This document shows positions 26,001 through 38,639 of a DNA stretch of 64,000 nucleotides, in pieces. The stretch is taken from NCBI GenBank assembly GCA_951406725.2, contig OX597823.1, positions 11,594,001 to 11,658,000 of the forward strand, written 5' to 3'. The translations under genes were made by a program, and so were the position numbers. Each line of letters begins with the position of its first letter. The stretch's first letter is position 1. This DNA comes from Octopus vulgaris (taxonomy: Eukaryota). Below the pieces are notes generated by a model. The model was not told where the DNA came from. It made no database searches and saw only the letters and a program-made list of their open reading frames with translations.

Positions 26001-26972
26001 TTAAGTCACCTTTTATCCTTTCTGCAAGATATTTTCTCACTTGTTTATCTCTACTAGGTATACAAGTTGTCTTCACTGATGACCATTCCCCATCACATGT
26101 ATAGACATGTTACTGCTTGGTCAACAACATGGATCATCACTACCAAATGTATACACAGCCCATTGTGAGGTTAATATTGGTCACCATTACCACTGATGTA
26201 CATATATGTTACTACTAGATCAACATTTGAGTACCATCTCCATCAGCTCTACATGCTTGTTAGTCTGATAGGTCAACAATGATCTTTACCAGCAGATATA
26301 CATACATTTTACTGCTTAGTCACCATTGATTACTACTAGTTGTACATACTATACTTCTAGGTCAACCTTGTTCTCCATCACCACCAAATATATATAGTTT
26401 GCTGCTATGTCAGCATTGTGTGTTATCTCCATTTAATGTACATACAGGTTACTGCTAGATTAGTATTAATCACTATTTCTATGAGTTGTTGGTTGGTTGG
26501 TTGGTTAGCACTCCTCTCTCCTTCCTGATATTTAGGTTTTCTTACTACATGGAAAGTATTTTAAAGTTTTGTTTCAATTCTAGTCTTAATTCAGTTTTTA
26601 TCTAACAGGATTTTTAATTAAATACATTCCAACCATGAACACCTGTCTTTTCCTGTATGCAGTATTGCATTGTCCAATATGCCCTTGCTTTTATAAGATG
26701 GTAGCATGTGGTTTTAGGAAAACTTGACTGCTAATGTGTAAAATAACAGCACCCTCAGAAATAAAGTCCACTATAATGGTTGATCCAATGAAATATATGT
26801 CTAAGAAACAAGTGTGTGTGTGTGTCTTGTATCTATGTAAAAGAAATTTGTTACTATTGGCAGAATTAGTAAAGGGTAGTATATGATTCCTTTTATATTT
26901 TGAGTTCAAATCCCATTTTACCTTTCATCCATCCATTGTCAGTAAAATATGTACTAGTAATGCACTAAGGCA

Positions 26973-27170
26973 TTGATCTTTAGCATTTAAACCTGCCATA
27001 TCCAGTCCCAATATTCTTGTTGTTTTATGTTGAAACTGGCCAGATCCAGGCTCTCACATCCACCTTACAATGTCATTCTAAAAGTAAACAATTACATCTT
27101 CAAATTCTTGAAGCTACAAGCTGCTACATTATTTACATCTGATAAATTAATTGGAATGCTAAAGAGTTAA
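26973..27170 (-). mobile_element. Degenerate family D MITE
   Basis: CTTTAGCATTTAAAC...AAACTGGCCAGATCCAGGCTCTCAC...CTAAAGAGTTAA. Confidence 0.65.
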
Positions 27171-27224
27171 TCAACGGTTTCTTTCTTCAAAAATTAGTGG
27201 CAAGTTCCTCTATTGGGAGAAATC

Positions 27225-27765
27225 CTCCTCATCATCATCATTTGACATCTGTTTTCCATGCTGGCATGGTTTGCACGATTTGACAAGAACTGGCAAAGCC
27301 AGAGGTGTGCACCAGGTTCCAGAGTCTGTTTTGGCTTGGTTTTTATGGCTGGTTTCCCTTCTTAATGCCAACCACTTTACAGAATGTACCGATTGCTTTT
27401 TACATAGCACCTTGGTTTTAGGATATCAGATACATGGCTTGAAATTATTATTATTGTTATTAACTATCATCATTCATCATCATCATCATCATCGTTTAAC
27501 GTCCGTTCTCCATGCTAGCATGGGTTGGACGGTTCGACCGGGGATCTGGGAAGCCAGAAAGCTGCACCAGGCTCCAGTCTTATCTGGCAATGTTTCTACA
27601 GCTGGATGCCCTTCCTAACGCCAACCACTCCGTGAGTGTAGTGGGTGCTTTTTACGTGTCACCCGCACAGGTGCCAGGCGAGGCTGGCCATGGCCACGGT
27701 CGGATTGGTGCTTTTTACATGCCACCGGCACGGAAGCCAGTCGAGGTGGCACTGGCATCGGCCCG
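27225..27765 (-). mobile_element. Two adjacent RTE 3' ends (family C): old ~27225-27410, young ~27465-27765
   Basis: (CAT)n tails and the shared GCCCTTCCTAACGCCAACCACT motif. Confidence 0.75.
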
Positions 27766-28339
27766 TAAAAGGCGGACGAAGACGCCTCTAAGTATTGTGT
27801 CCGGCGTGCTAACGATTCTGCCAAGCTTACCGTCTCATTATTATTATTATTTCCATTTCATTTCTCAGAGCTCTTGATTTCACTTGCTCTAGCTAATTCT
27901 GTAAGAGCCGGCAACAATTTACTGTTAAGGAACTCACAGGTTTGCTTTCCATAATGATTAACATGCAAATACCAGTCTCAAAATGCTTGCTCTCCCTAAT
28001 AGAGCAATTTTCTGAGTATGTTCAACTCTCATATCCCCCACCAATTTCTCCAACGAATTTCTCAAAACTGGTTAATGCTACAAATTTCTCAAATCTCATT
28101 AATACCATGAATTTTTCAAATCTGGTTATTAATGCTACTGTTCTCGCAAATCTAGTTGCTAATGCTATTATTATAATTACTGTTGTTGTTAGTACTTTCA
28201 TATCTTTGGTGCATCAAAACATTGCGAGAAACCATTCATTAAGTCAACAATCAAATAAATTTGTGAACATACACAGAACTGAAGCACTTGTATAATCAGA
28301 TATGGTTATAACATGAAAATATTGCGCACATATATATAT

Positions 28340-28957
28340 AACTAAAAATAAGGGTGTCTGAGAGACACCACCATGTCGAAATAGCAGTCAAATCCCTCAC
28401 TCTATGAACCACCTTAAATGTTCATATCGCACCATGAGATAAGACAGAGGGACAAAATAGACTAGCAAAGAGATATTACTGGATAATTCAACATCCTGGA
28501 TTTCTAGCTTTGCCTCAAATAAGCTCTGCCTCCATCAGTTGAATATATCAGATGGGCACATAAATACAAATATATATATATATATACAGAACAAACGTTA
28601 TACTTACATATACGAACGTCCATACATACATATATATGCACGTATGTACAAGGCCGGTACAAATTGCCCATCAACCACCTCATAAGCACGATATGGTCAA
28701 AATAAACACCGCAGTGAATATAGTGTGGAATTATATAAATTTATGAATAAGGATAATATCGATATTTAAATATCGATATTATCAAGTGGCCAGCATGGGA
28801 ATAAATACCATACAAAAGTAATAATTTTTTACAACTAAAAATAAGGCTGTCTGAGAGACACCACCATGCCGAAATAGCAGTCAAATCCCTGACTCTATGA
28901 ACCACCTTAAATGTTCATATTGCACCATGAGATAAGACAGAGGGACAAAATAGACTA
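28340..28957. mobile_element. Element with 125-bp terminal direct repeats, Penelope/retrozyme-like
   Basis: 28340-28464 matches 28833-28957 with ~4 mismatches. No TG..CA ends; flanked by (TA)n; hammerhead-like motif and 32-bp palindrome inside. The class assignment is inference. Confidence 0.6.
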
Positions 28958-28981
28958 TATAAATATATATATATACACATA

Positions 28982-29191
28982 AATAGTGTCCACAAAAGTA
29001 CTCTTTGATTTCAAACAGATATAATGGCCAGCTTGGATTTCCCTGCGTTCACATCAAAGATGGTATGTCACCTGAAAATAAAAGAAAATATTGTTTGGAA
29101 ATCTGTGGAGACCATAGTTATCAGTATATTTGAATTACATTAGATATCATAGTGTCATGAAATCAGGGAGTGTTTTTGTGGACACCCTGTA
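28982..29191. mobile_element. Tc1/mariner-type MITE (~210 bp)
   Basis: GTGTCCACAAAAGTACTCTTTGATTTCA is the imperfect inverse of TGAAATCAGGGAGTGTTTTTGTGGACACCCTG|TA. Confidence 0.75.
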
Positions 29192-29225
29192 TGTGATTAT
29201 ATGAATATATATGTATATATTTCTA

Positions 29226-29657
29226 CAGGGGTGCTGAAAAGTTTCTGGCTTTAACCCTTTAGCGTTCAGATTATTCCATCAAACATAATGCCTATTGATT
29301 CGCATTAATTTGAATTAATCATGCATTACCTCATATCTTCAAGATCTTGATGGTGTAATTACTTAATATAGAATAACATTGTAGGGTAGGTGTGAGAGCC
29401 TGGATTTGGTCAATTTGAACATAAAACAGATTAACTATTTTGGCCTATTTTGGCCGAATATGGCCGGTTTAAATACTAAAGGGTTAAAGGTATTGCGAAA
29501 GGCTTGCCTGGAAGCCCATTCTTCTGAGTTCTTAGAAAAATCGAAGGACTGCTGCAATAAGTGTGTGAATCTGAGAGGGGGAATATGTTGAATAAAATCA
29601 TAATTAACTGATCCTCCTGTATTTTCTGTTACCCAACTTTTAAGCATCCACCCCTTG
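29226..29657 (+). mobile_element. Mariner deletion derivative interrupted by a piggyBac MITE
   Basis: TA|CAGGGGTGCTGAAAAGTT left TIR, degenerate right TIR, and transposase C-terminus NKCVNLRG-EYVE* (one extra G). Confidence 0.75.
29255..29483 (+). mobile_element. piggyBac-type MITE family D
   Basis: TTAA|CCCTTTAG...CTAAAGGG|TTAA. Confidence 0.9.
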
Positions 29658-29871
29658 AATATGAATATGTGTTTACATACGCACACGAACATATCTACCT
29701 ACATAAATACACACACACACTCACACATACATGCATGCATATGGTGGGTTTCTTTCAGTTTCTGTCTGCCAAGTCTAATCATAAGTCTTTGGTTGGTCCT
29801 GAGATATAATAGAAGACACTCAAGATACTTGAGTGTATATGTATGTGTGTATGTGTGTGTGTGTGTGTGTA

Positions 29872-30070
29872 TTCTTTTACTTGTTTCAGTCATTTTGATG
29901 GAGGCCATGCTGGAGCACCGCCTTTAGTACAGTAAATCGTCTTATTCTTTGTAAGCCTAGTACTTATTCTATCAGTCTTTTTTGCCGAACTGATAAGTTA
30001 CGGGGACACAAACACACAAGCATCGTTTGTCAAGTGATGTTGGGTGGGGACAAATATATACATACATACA
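29872..30070 (-). mobile_element. SINE family A, 3' half
   Basis: CTTTTACTTGTTTCAGTCATTTTG...GGCCATGCTGGAGCACCGCC. Confidence 0.75.
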
Positions 30071-30412
30071 TACTTTTATATATATCTTTGTGTGTGAGAA
30101 ATTGTTACAGTAAATATTATATACATTTAGTGTCTCTGATTGTCACTCACTGCTACTCTGTTTTAGTTTTCCCTCTACTAGTGTGACTGATGGGACATAC
30201 ATTGCATTGTATTATATGTAAGATTATTGTTAAAGGTGGAAAGCTGGCAGAATTGTAGTCACACAATGGACAAGCATTTTGTCTGTTTACATGTTCTGAT
30301 TTCAAAGTTCATGAAGGTTGACACTCCTTTCAGGTCGATGAAATATGTACCAGTTATGTACTGGGGTTGATGTAATCAGCTACCTGCTCCCCACAATTTC
30401 AGGCCTTGTGCC

Positions 30413-30445
<33 letters not shown>

Positions 30446-30614
30446 TTTAATGTCCTCCTTCCATGCTGGCATGGGTTAGATGGTTTGACAGGAGCTGGCC
30501 AGGTAGGAACCTGCGTCAAGCTTCTGTGTCTGTTTTGACATGGTTTTTTATGGTTGGATACCCTTCTCAACACCAACCACTCCATAGGCCTTGTGCCTAG
30601 AGTAGAAAGGATTA

Positions 30615-30666
<52 letters not shown>

Positions 30667-31489
30667 ATATATGTAACTTCTAAGCTTTGCACACATATAT
30701 TTGGAGTATATTTTATTTACTTAAGCTGTTTCCACAATTCTAGTGAAATGGACTAAGTATTCAATTGATTTTGAAATTTATCATGAATTCAGCTGAATTT
30801 TGTAAGCCAACAAAACTTGTTCATTTTTTTTTTTTAACTGATATCTGGAACATGACTTCAAAGGTTTTACATAAAAGTTTGGTGGAATGTTTTAATTTAA
30901 ACATATAAACTTAAAGGTAGCTTTGTATCATAAAGCTAGAAGTGTTCTCAGTTGTGGTATCAAAACAGTTAAATATCTTTGCTTGCGTGAAGCTGGTCTG
31001 TTATTTTGTTCTTCGTATCATATTCACTGACTGGCCTACACTTTCTTCGACCAGTTTGCATCACATAAACAAATATTAGTTCCATTTCTTTTAGAATATG
31101 ATCAGCAATGTCGGGCCAAACTAATCACCTTATTTCACTTCTCTCATTCACAATGAAGCATAAGATTTTCTACATTTCTTTTTACTATTGCTTCTTCCTT
31201 CTTTTTTTTTCTTAGATCTGTTAATTCAAAATCTCCATGGAGCCCTCAACCTTAGTCATTCGATCTGCTAGAAATAGCAGCTATACACCTCTCTCAAATT
31301 ACACCCTGTCATTTAAAAAAACCCAAAAAGGACACATTATATAATGTAGGTCCACATATCCATGAGAAAACACCTGGAATGTCTTTAATAATACATTTTC
31401 TAACCTGGAGATAAACAACAGCATCACCATAGTTATTGTCCTTTGTATCTTTCTGAATACATGCTATTACAATGACAGCATAAAGGCTA

Positions 31490-31880
31490 TAAACTTAGAT
31501 AAACTTAGATATGTTTCGACCAAAGATTGGTCCAGGCCATGTCTAACTTAATAGCACCACCTGATAGGATTATTCAAATCCTGTTTAAGTCAAGTTTTGT
31601 TCAAGTAGTGAGTTCTTGTTGGGTGAGTTGTATCCAGTTTTGTTCAAGTAGTGAGTTCTTGTTGGGTGAGTTGTATCCAATTATGGGTGGCTTATCTTGT
31701 ATTCTTTGAAGGAATCTATCCAGACTCCGTTTAAAGTTGATGGGATCCTTTTCCTCTTTGATCTCCCTCGGGACAATGTTAAATAGGGCAGGACCTGTTG
31801 AGGAAAAGAAATTATGTTGCAGTGTACATGTATGTTGTGATCTTGAATTGGGCAGGGGACGTATGGCCCGTGGTCTTCTA
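31490..31880 (-). mobile_element. 3' end of a CR1/L2/Jockey-group LINE
   Basis: Minus frame not in the ORF track: LQHNFFSSTGPALFNIVPREIKEEKDPINFKRSLDRFLQRIQDKPPIIGY, typical of the ORF2 C-terminus. Followed by a short UTR and a (TCTAAGTTTA)2 tail. Confidence 0.75.
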
Positions 31881-32703
31881 ATCCTACTTCAAAAATAGCT
31901 ACACTATCTTTCTCAGTTTCAAGTCCCAACTTTGTGCCATAATGTGCTTACACCACTAGAATCTAAAATACCCATATCCACTGAGTATGTTCCCACTGTG
32001 TTTGCATCATCTGAACAGACTATGTACATTCTCTATTGTAACATGAATGCTGCAGATTTCAAAATCATTCACACTGGATTGTGATGCATAATTTGTAACC
32101 ATAGATAAAAAAAAAACAACAACAAAACAAAAAACAAAAAACAAAATAACCATACTGTATTCCTTGTAGGCATATATTCTTGTGAAAGCATGTTAAATGT
32201 GTTTTTCATCCCTCTGCATTTAAAGCATGGAAGTTATTGATCTTAGATCTGCTCAGTCAAAGCTGACTCGAGATTAAACAACTACTTTAGTGATATTTAG
32301 TCTTTTGGGCTTATCCATTCTATCCATTAACAAACATATAATATATATGTTAATGTAAAGAAGAAAAAAAAATTCAATTTCGATCTAGCAGCTTTTCTTA
32401 TGTACATCTTGACAAAGATGCTAATTAGGTAGAGATGTGTTTGAATCTTTTGAAGGCCTTTACTAAACTGTATACACATGTAAAAAGCAAATTTCAGAGC
32501 AATGTTTTCAAATTACTGAAAATGGTGCAGCAACAGTTGTAGTTGCAGTAACCATGGTGATGGTGACAGAAAAAGAACAATTAGTTACTAAAGTGATTCT
32601 TATTTATGAGCAGTTAGCAGTGACTAAAAGATCTCTTCCGAAGTGCTAGTTAGAGCTGTCTGTTGTGAACAGTGAGTTTAGTTCAGTTAGACCTGGTCAT
32701 ATA

Positions 32704-33101
32704 TCTATATATATAAAAGAGAGGTTGTGTGGTGTCTGTCTACTCCGAATTAGATTCCTAACTACTCCCACATTTTGCGGTGCAGTGTAACCAAAACCGG
32801 GTATCTTTTAGTCGTGATTCATATCGAGCCCTTCTGGGTATTAGCACACGTCTACGATGAGTCTACGATTTAAAAAAAAAACTTACCATCAATTTTCCCT
32901 ATTTTTAATGCATTTTTGGCATATATAAGGGAAGTAACTCTCTAAAAATTTATTATTAAATCTCAGAACGTAAAAAGCTACAGTAACACCCCCCCCTTTG
33001 TGGTTAACCATATTGAGATGGCTATTATATTTTACATCTCTAAAAATGCTTATATAGTTATTTCCCTTACAAACCCAAGCAACGCCGGGCGATACTGCTA
33101 G
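32704..33101 (+). mobile_element. Non-autonomous Helitron (398 bp)
   Basis: A|TC 5' end, CTAG|T 3' end, subterminal GC hairpin, no TSD. Confidence 0.85.
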
Positions 33102-33866
33102 TATTATATATACACCATTCTCAATAATCGTAAAACTCATAATAATTGTTACTTTAATTTCTTCAGAAGTATTGTTTTAAAGAACCTATTAAGCAGGTCA
33201 ACTGAAAGCAAACCTGTTCTTGTGGCTTTGAGATAGGGGACTTTTTTTAGTAACATGGCTGTACAAAAGTACAGAAGAACCTGCAAGGTTTTTGTGTACT
33301 TTTGTGCTCAGAAAAATTCAGATCTTTTTTAATTCTACAAATTCATAGATATGCATCATTATCATCAGTGTTATGTTTGCTTTTTTATTCATTGGCATGG
33401 GTTGGCTGAGACATATTTTTCATGGCTGGATGTCCTTCTTGATGCTAAGCTGTTTAATCACCTACAGTACATGGTGGTGTAAAGTACCTTATCTAGAAAT
33501 TGTGCTACATACGGTATGCAGTTTATGTTGGATTAAGACTTATATATCTTCATGAGTTTTCTCAGGTTTTATCAGCGAACTGTTTCGAATGTCACTGTAG
33601 GCAGGAGTTTCATCACTCTAAGGTAGTTAGCAGTCAAGGAATGCTCTCATCATTTGGGACACAATGTTGATAAAGAAAGCAATTGAGTATATGCTACTTG
33701 AATCCATAGAATCCAGAGCGAAATGCAATGTGGCCAAGTCCTCAGCTAAATGACAGATGATATAGTGAAACTGTTAAGAGTTAACCAAACTTTTTTCTCC
33801 ACAAAGTTACTAGCTAGAAATATAAAACACCTTACTGTCTTTAAAAGGAAAGGACACAATGGATAA

Positions 33867-34264
33867 TCTTTATATATAAAAGTGAGGTTGTGTGCTATCT
33901 GTCTCCTACGATTTAGATTCCTAACTACTCCCACATTTTGCGGTGCAGTGTAACCAAAAGCGGGTATCTTATAGTCGTGATTCACATCGAGCCCTTCTGA
34001 GTATTAGCACACGTCTACGATGAGTCTACGATTTAAAAAAAAATTTACTATCAATTTTCCACATTTTTAATGCATTTTTGCCATATATAAGGGAAGTAAC
34101 TCTCTAAAAATTTATTATTAAATCTCAGAACGTAAAAAGCTACAGTAACACCCCCCCCCTTTGTGGTTAGCCATATTGAGATGGCTATTATACTTTACAT
34201 CTCTAAAAATGCTTATAAAGTTATTTTCCTTACAAACCCGAGCAACGTCGGGTGATACTGCTAG
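33867..34264 (+). mobile_element. Non-autonomous Helitron (398 bp)
   Basis: A|TC...CCCGAGCAACGTCGGG...CTAG|T; close to the 32704 copy. Confidence 0.85.
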
Positions 34265-34364
34265 TATAGTATAAAATATATTGTGTCAAAAAGAAAAAGA
34301 AACGAGAAATCCTTAGAACATTTCAATCAGTTTGTCTGCTCAATATTTCTCAGGTGAATAAAGT

Positions 34365-34585
34365 GATGGATGAGTTGACAGAATTATTAGCACATTGGGC
34401 GAAATTCTTGGCAGCATTTTGTTTGTTTTTACATTTTGAGTTCACATTCTTGAGAGGTTGACTTTGCATTTCACCCTTTCAGGGTCGATAAAATAAGTAC
34501 CAGTTGAATACTGGGGTTGATGTAATTGTCTTATCCCCCCCCCCCCCCGAATCGATAGCCTTGTGCCAATATTTGAAATCAATGT
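34365..34585 (+). mobile_element. SINE family B, old copy (others near 9020, 10000, 30232 and 43195)
   Basis: GACTTTGCATTTCACCCTTTCAGGGTCGATAAAATAAGTACCAG core. Confidence 0.65.
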
Positions 34586-35746
34586 TTCTTTAGCCTTGAT
34601 ATGTAAATGTTGACAAGTAATAAATATATTCTTTTCCCTGTCTTGGCCAAAAGTGCATTAATCATTATCTTTTCTTGGGCTTTCATGACTGCTTAGTGGA
34701 AGTGGGTGGTTATCTTTAGACCAAGAATTTAGTGTGGAGTTGACTCCACTAAGTCTACTCTAGGGCCATGTGGTAGAGTTACACTGGTTGGTGGATTAGG
34801 ACTGTCATTCAGGATTGAAAACAAATCCATCTCACTGGCCATGCACCAGATATTTTTATCCTCCAGATGCCCATATTTGGTTGTTCTTTTCTTATATTGT
34901 TTTTACATAAAGTGGTTGTTTGAACTTGTGGAGTGTCAAATTTCTTAACCTGCAGATAGATATGTCCTTTACATTCCGAGATTAGTTTCTTTACAGTAAA
35001 GTTTATCTTTTATTTTATTTTAAGTACCAGCAAAGAATTGGGTTTGATTTAACTAATTATATTCCTTAACAACAGGGAAAAAAGAAAAAGAAAAAATATA
35101 TGTCTTTGTGCCTAAGTTAGAAATTAATAGTGTTGCTGTTCTTAGTAATTCGAATTTTACAAGTAGATACTCCTAGTAACAACTATCCAATTCTGATGCT
35201 GTGTGTTAGCAACAGTTAGTAAGAGAGTCTGTTATGGTCATTTGTGAGGAGTGTAAAAATCTATCTTTTTGAGCTTTGCTCTTTGGGAATGAGCAAATAA
35301 GAGGAAGTAATGTTGTTTGATTGTTGGAAATAATATTGTACTGTTTCCTTTTGTTTCTTCTCCCCCCCCCCCTTCTCTGTCTTTCATTTAACATCAGTGT
35401 CATTTTTTTTATTCTAAGCATTTTCTAACATTGTATAAGAACGCCTATCTTATTTATAGTTATAAATTTTATATTCTCCCTTAATTAATCCTGCGGCTAA
35501 TTATTTTCTATAAATATCTGCAGTATTCATTTCTCCCAAAACATTAAAAAACAGTAAACAAGTGAAGAATAAATATATAATGCGTGTATATATTGTCAAG
35601 GAAAAAAATATAGACCATCTTGGAATATAACAACATCTGTTTCAACATACAGTTTTACATTGGGAATCTTATTCAACAAATTCATAAACGTACTAAAATG
35701 CCTCAATGCATATTCTATGATTCAGAAATTTATTTATTCTTAGGAA

Positions 35747-35987
35747 TAACCCTTTCATGACCATATTTCTTAGGAAATACAGATTTCAATTAATTTTGAA
35801 AATAATCAAGAATTTGCTGGGAATTTAGTAAAATAATTAACTTTGCCATAGTTAAGTTGGTGCCTGGAGTACAATCTTAATTATAGGGTTTTATATAAAT
35901 TTATGGTAAAAGGTTTTAATTTAAACATGAACACTCAAGTTGAGCTAGAGATCATTTCAAGCAGGTTGGTGTGATCACAGGAGTTAA
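35747..35987 (+). mobile_element. Degenerate family E-related MITE
   Basis: TAACCCTTTC...GAATTTAGTAAAATAA...GGAGTTAA. Confidence 0.5.
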
Positions 35988-36039
35988 ACTCAGGTCGATT
36001 GAAGAATATATTTTTATAAAGACATATTTTAGAAGTGGT

Positions 36040-36150
36040 TTGACTGGCCTGGTGCCGCCTTCTGGCTTCCCAGACCCCAGTTGAACCGTCCAACCCATGC
36101 TAGCATGGAAAGCGGACGCTAAACGATGATGATGATGATGATGATGATGA
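36040..36150 (+). mobile_element. Short RTE 3' end (family C)
   Basis: CCCATGCTAGCATGGAAAGCGGACGCTAAAC(GAT)n; the same end occurs at ~1808-1850. Confidence 0.75.
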
Positions 36151-36392
36151 ATGCCAGGTGGGAACTGGCACAAATTATTTTAATCCCCAAATTTGCTGCT
36201 ACTCTTCTTTTACTTTTTAGTCCTTATCCATGTATCATTTTCTTTCAACATAAAAAAATGCATTATAGTTATTTCACTGCTGCTTAATTTGAATTTATTT
36301 CTAGAGAAAAACAACTGTTTAGACACATTTGAATAGAATTTTAGAAATATTACGGTATATTTTTTTCACTCCAGTTTTATAGCTTTTTTGCT

Positions 36393-36612
36393 TTAACTCT
36401 TTAGTGTTCAGACTATCCTGTCGGCTGTAATGTGTATGTATTCACATCGTTTTGTTTATCCTGCATCATTTTGTAACCCCGAGATTTTTATGATGTGATT
36501 GTTTATGTTCAAAATGACATTCTAGGATAGGTGCAAGATGTCAGATCTGGCCAGTTTGAACATTCAACATGTAGAATATTTTTGGCCAGATATGGCCATT
36601 TTAAATGCTTAA
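36393..36612 (+). mobile_element. Degenerate family D MITE
   Basis: TTAACTCTTTAGTGTTCAGA...CAGATCTGGCCAGTTTGAACAT. Confidence 0.6.
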
Positions 36613-37872
36613 GCTTTAAAATGTAAGCATATAATGAAACTTCTGGGAAAAAGGAGTTTTTTTTAAAGGTATGAAATTCTATAGAGCATATTTAACCAGA
36701 TATTTTATTCCCTGTCCAAACAAATAGATTAATTGCTTTTCAGCTGTTGAAAATCCTTCTTTCACATGTTCTTTCAACCAGAAAACTAAAGAATGAAATA
36801 AATAGCTATTTAATTCTAAAATTCTAGGCTTGACAATAGTCATTCCCACACAGGCAAATAATGCCTCCCATATTTCTACACTTACATGATAAATCAATAA
36901 ATTCATACCTGCCTATGTACAAAATTTACTTTTGTTTTCTGATCTGAACTACAAAGAAATGAGTTTTATTTATTCTCATTACATTGAATAATTATCTCTT
37001 AATTCTGGGGAAGGTTTGTTTCTCCAGCTTAAAACTAACATTTTCAACACATTAATTGATTTTTAATTGATGCAACGTTTTATAAATAAGATCACATGAA
37101 GACTTAAGGAATAAATTAAAGAGTTGTGGGGCATGTTAGGGAGTTGATATTTGCAGGTGGTTGTAGCAGTAGTAGATGTAAATAGCTTCCACTCCCAAAT
37201 GAGAGGAATGTACATAATACAGTATGTTTTAAAATATCTATTTTCGGTCGGTACACTTCTTAAAACATCAGGAAATGGAGAGAATTTAAGAATTCAGGAT
37301 GAATGAAAGAATAATGACAAGAATGGTTTCAAGAAGTAATCAGACAATATTGCTTTTATGGATATTAAATTGTGATTGGTAATATTTGTATAGTGTTGCT
37401 GCTTATAAATTCAATCTCTATTGGCCTTTAGTCTAGTAAATAGGAGACCAACACTTTTCATTGCCCTTTTATCTAATTTTATCGTTAAGATGTATATTGA
37501 AGTGGGTTAATTAAGTATTTATTTTTTCTTTGATTATATATGCATACATCTGGCTGCCAAAACAGCAATGATATTTATATAACCATTGTTTTCTCTATAC
37601 AATTATCAGTTGATAATAATGCCTGCTATTATTATTTACTCTATTATATTTACATCTTTCACCTATAATACAATTAAATAATTGGTGATAATAGTTGCCC
37701 AGTAATAAGACTACTGTGTAATTAAACTGTAGGTGTGTGGCAGAATTGGTTGAGCATTCATACAAACCCTTTGTAGCATACATGATTACAAGCTGGTACA
37801 CTAAAGGATATGCGAACTGTCTGACTGATAACACTAACCAGATACTAGATTGGCTGGTTAAAATAATTTTAA

Positions 37873-38096
37873 CCCCTTTGTTACCGTATTTATTTTGAGA
37901 TGCTCTGTGTTTCAATCAATTAATTTTAAATATAACAAAGAATTTAGTAAAACAACTTAGTTATCATTAAGCTAGTGTTGGGAACATAAATTGTGACTAA
38001 GGTTTGGTGCAAGATTTGAATTCAAAACTTATGAAAACAACACATTTGTACTACACAGAGCCAGAGGCGGTTTTGGCCGGGTTAGTATCAAAAGGG
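37873..38096 (+). mobile_element. piggyBac-type MITE family E
   Basis: TTAA|CCCCTTTG...CAAAAGGG|TTAA. Confidence 0.85.
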
Positions 38097-38598
38097 TTAA
38101 AGTTTGAAACATCAGTTAGTACTTAAAAGCTTATGTCAAAGCAGCGTGTATCAAAACAGCTTGTTTCATATTTCACAAGTTTGGTCATTTTTATTTGAAA
38201 GCTCCCCTCTCTAGAGTTGCATACATTTCACACATTTGCTTAGAGACTGGAATTGAGGTTGGTTGGTTGGTTGATTGGTTCAAACATAAGTATACAACTA
38301 AGATGTCATCACAGAACTGGAATCTGTAAGGTTATGAAAAGATTCAATCTGGGTCATGTGATCTGTTATAGAAATGGTTATTGCAAATGACTCAATGTAT
38401 CTTATAGTGCAGTTAGAGAACAATACCATTGTTGGTCATTGTTTTCCAATGATAGATGGAAAGAGAGTGTGTAACTCTGCAGAACAGATATCTTAAGAGA
38501 TTTGGTAAAGCACTAGTTTTTTTTTTTTTTTTTTTAGTTTTTCTTGATGTTTATATTTTTGTTAATGTAATATATGTATACAATGTTATGCACATACA

Positions 38599-38639
<41 letters not shown>

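Noticed and set aside
28340-28957. LTR element or TRIM
   Set aside because: The direct repeats lack TG...CA termini, and I see no PBS, PPT or clear TSD.
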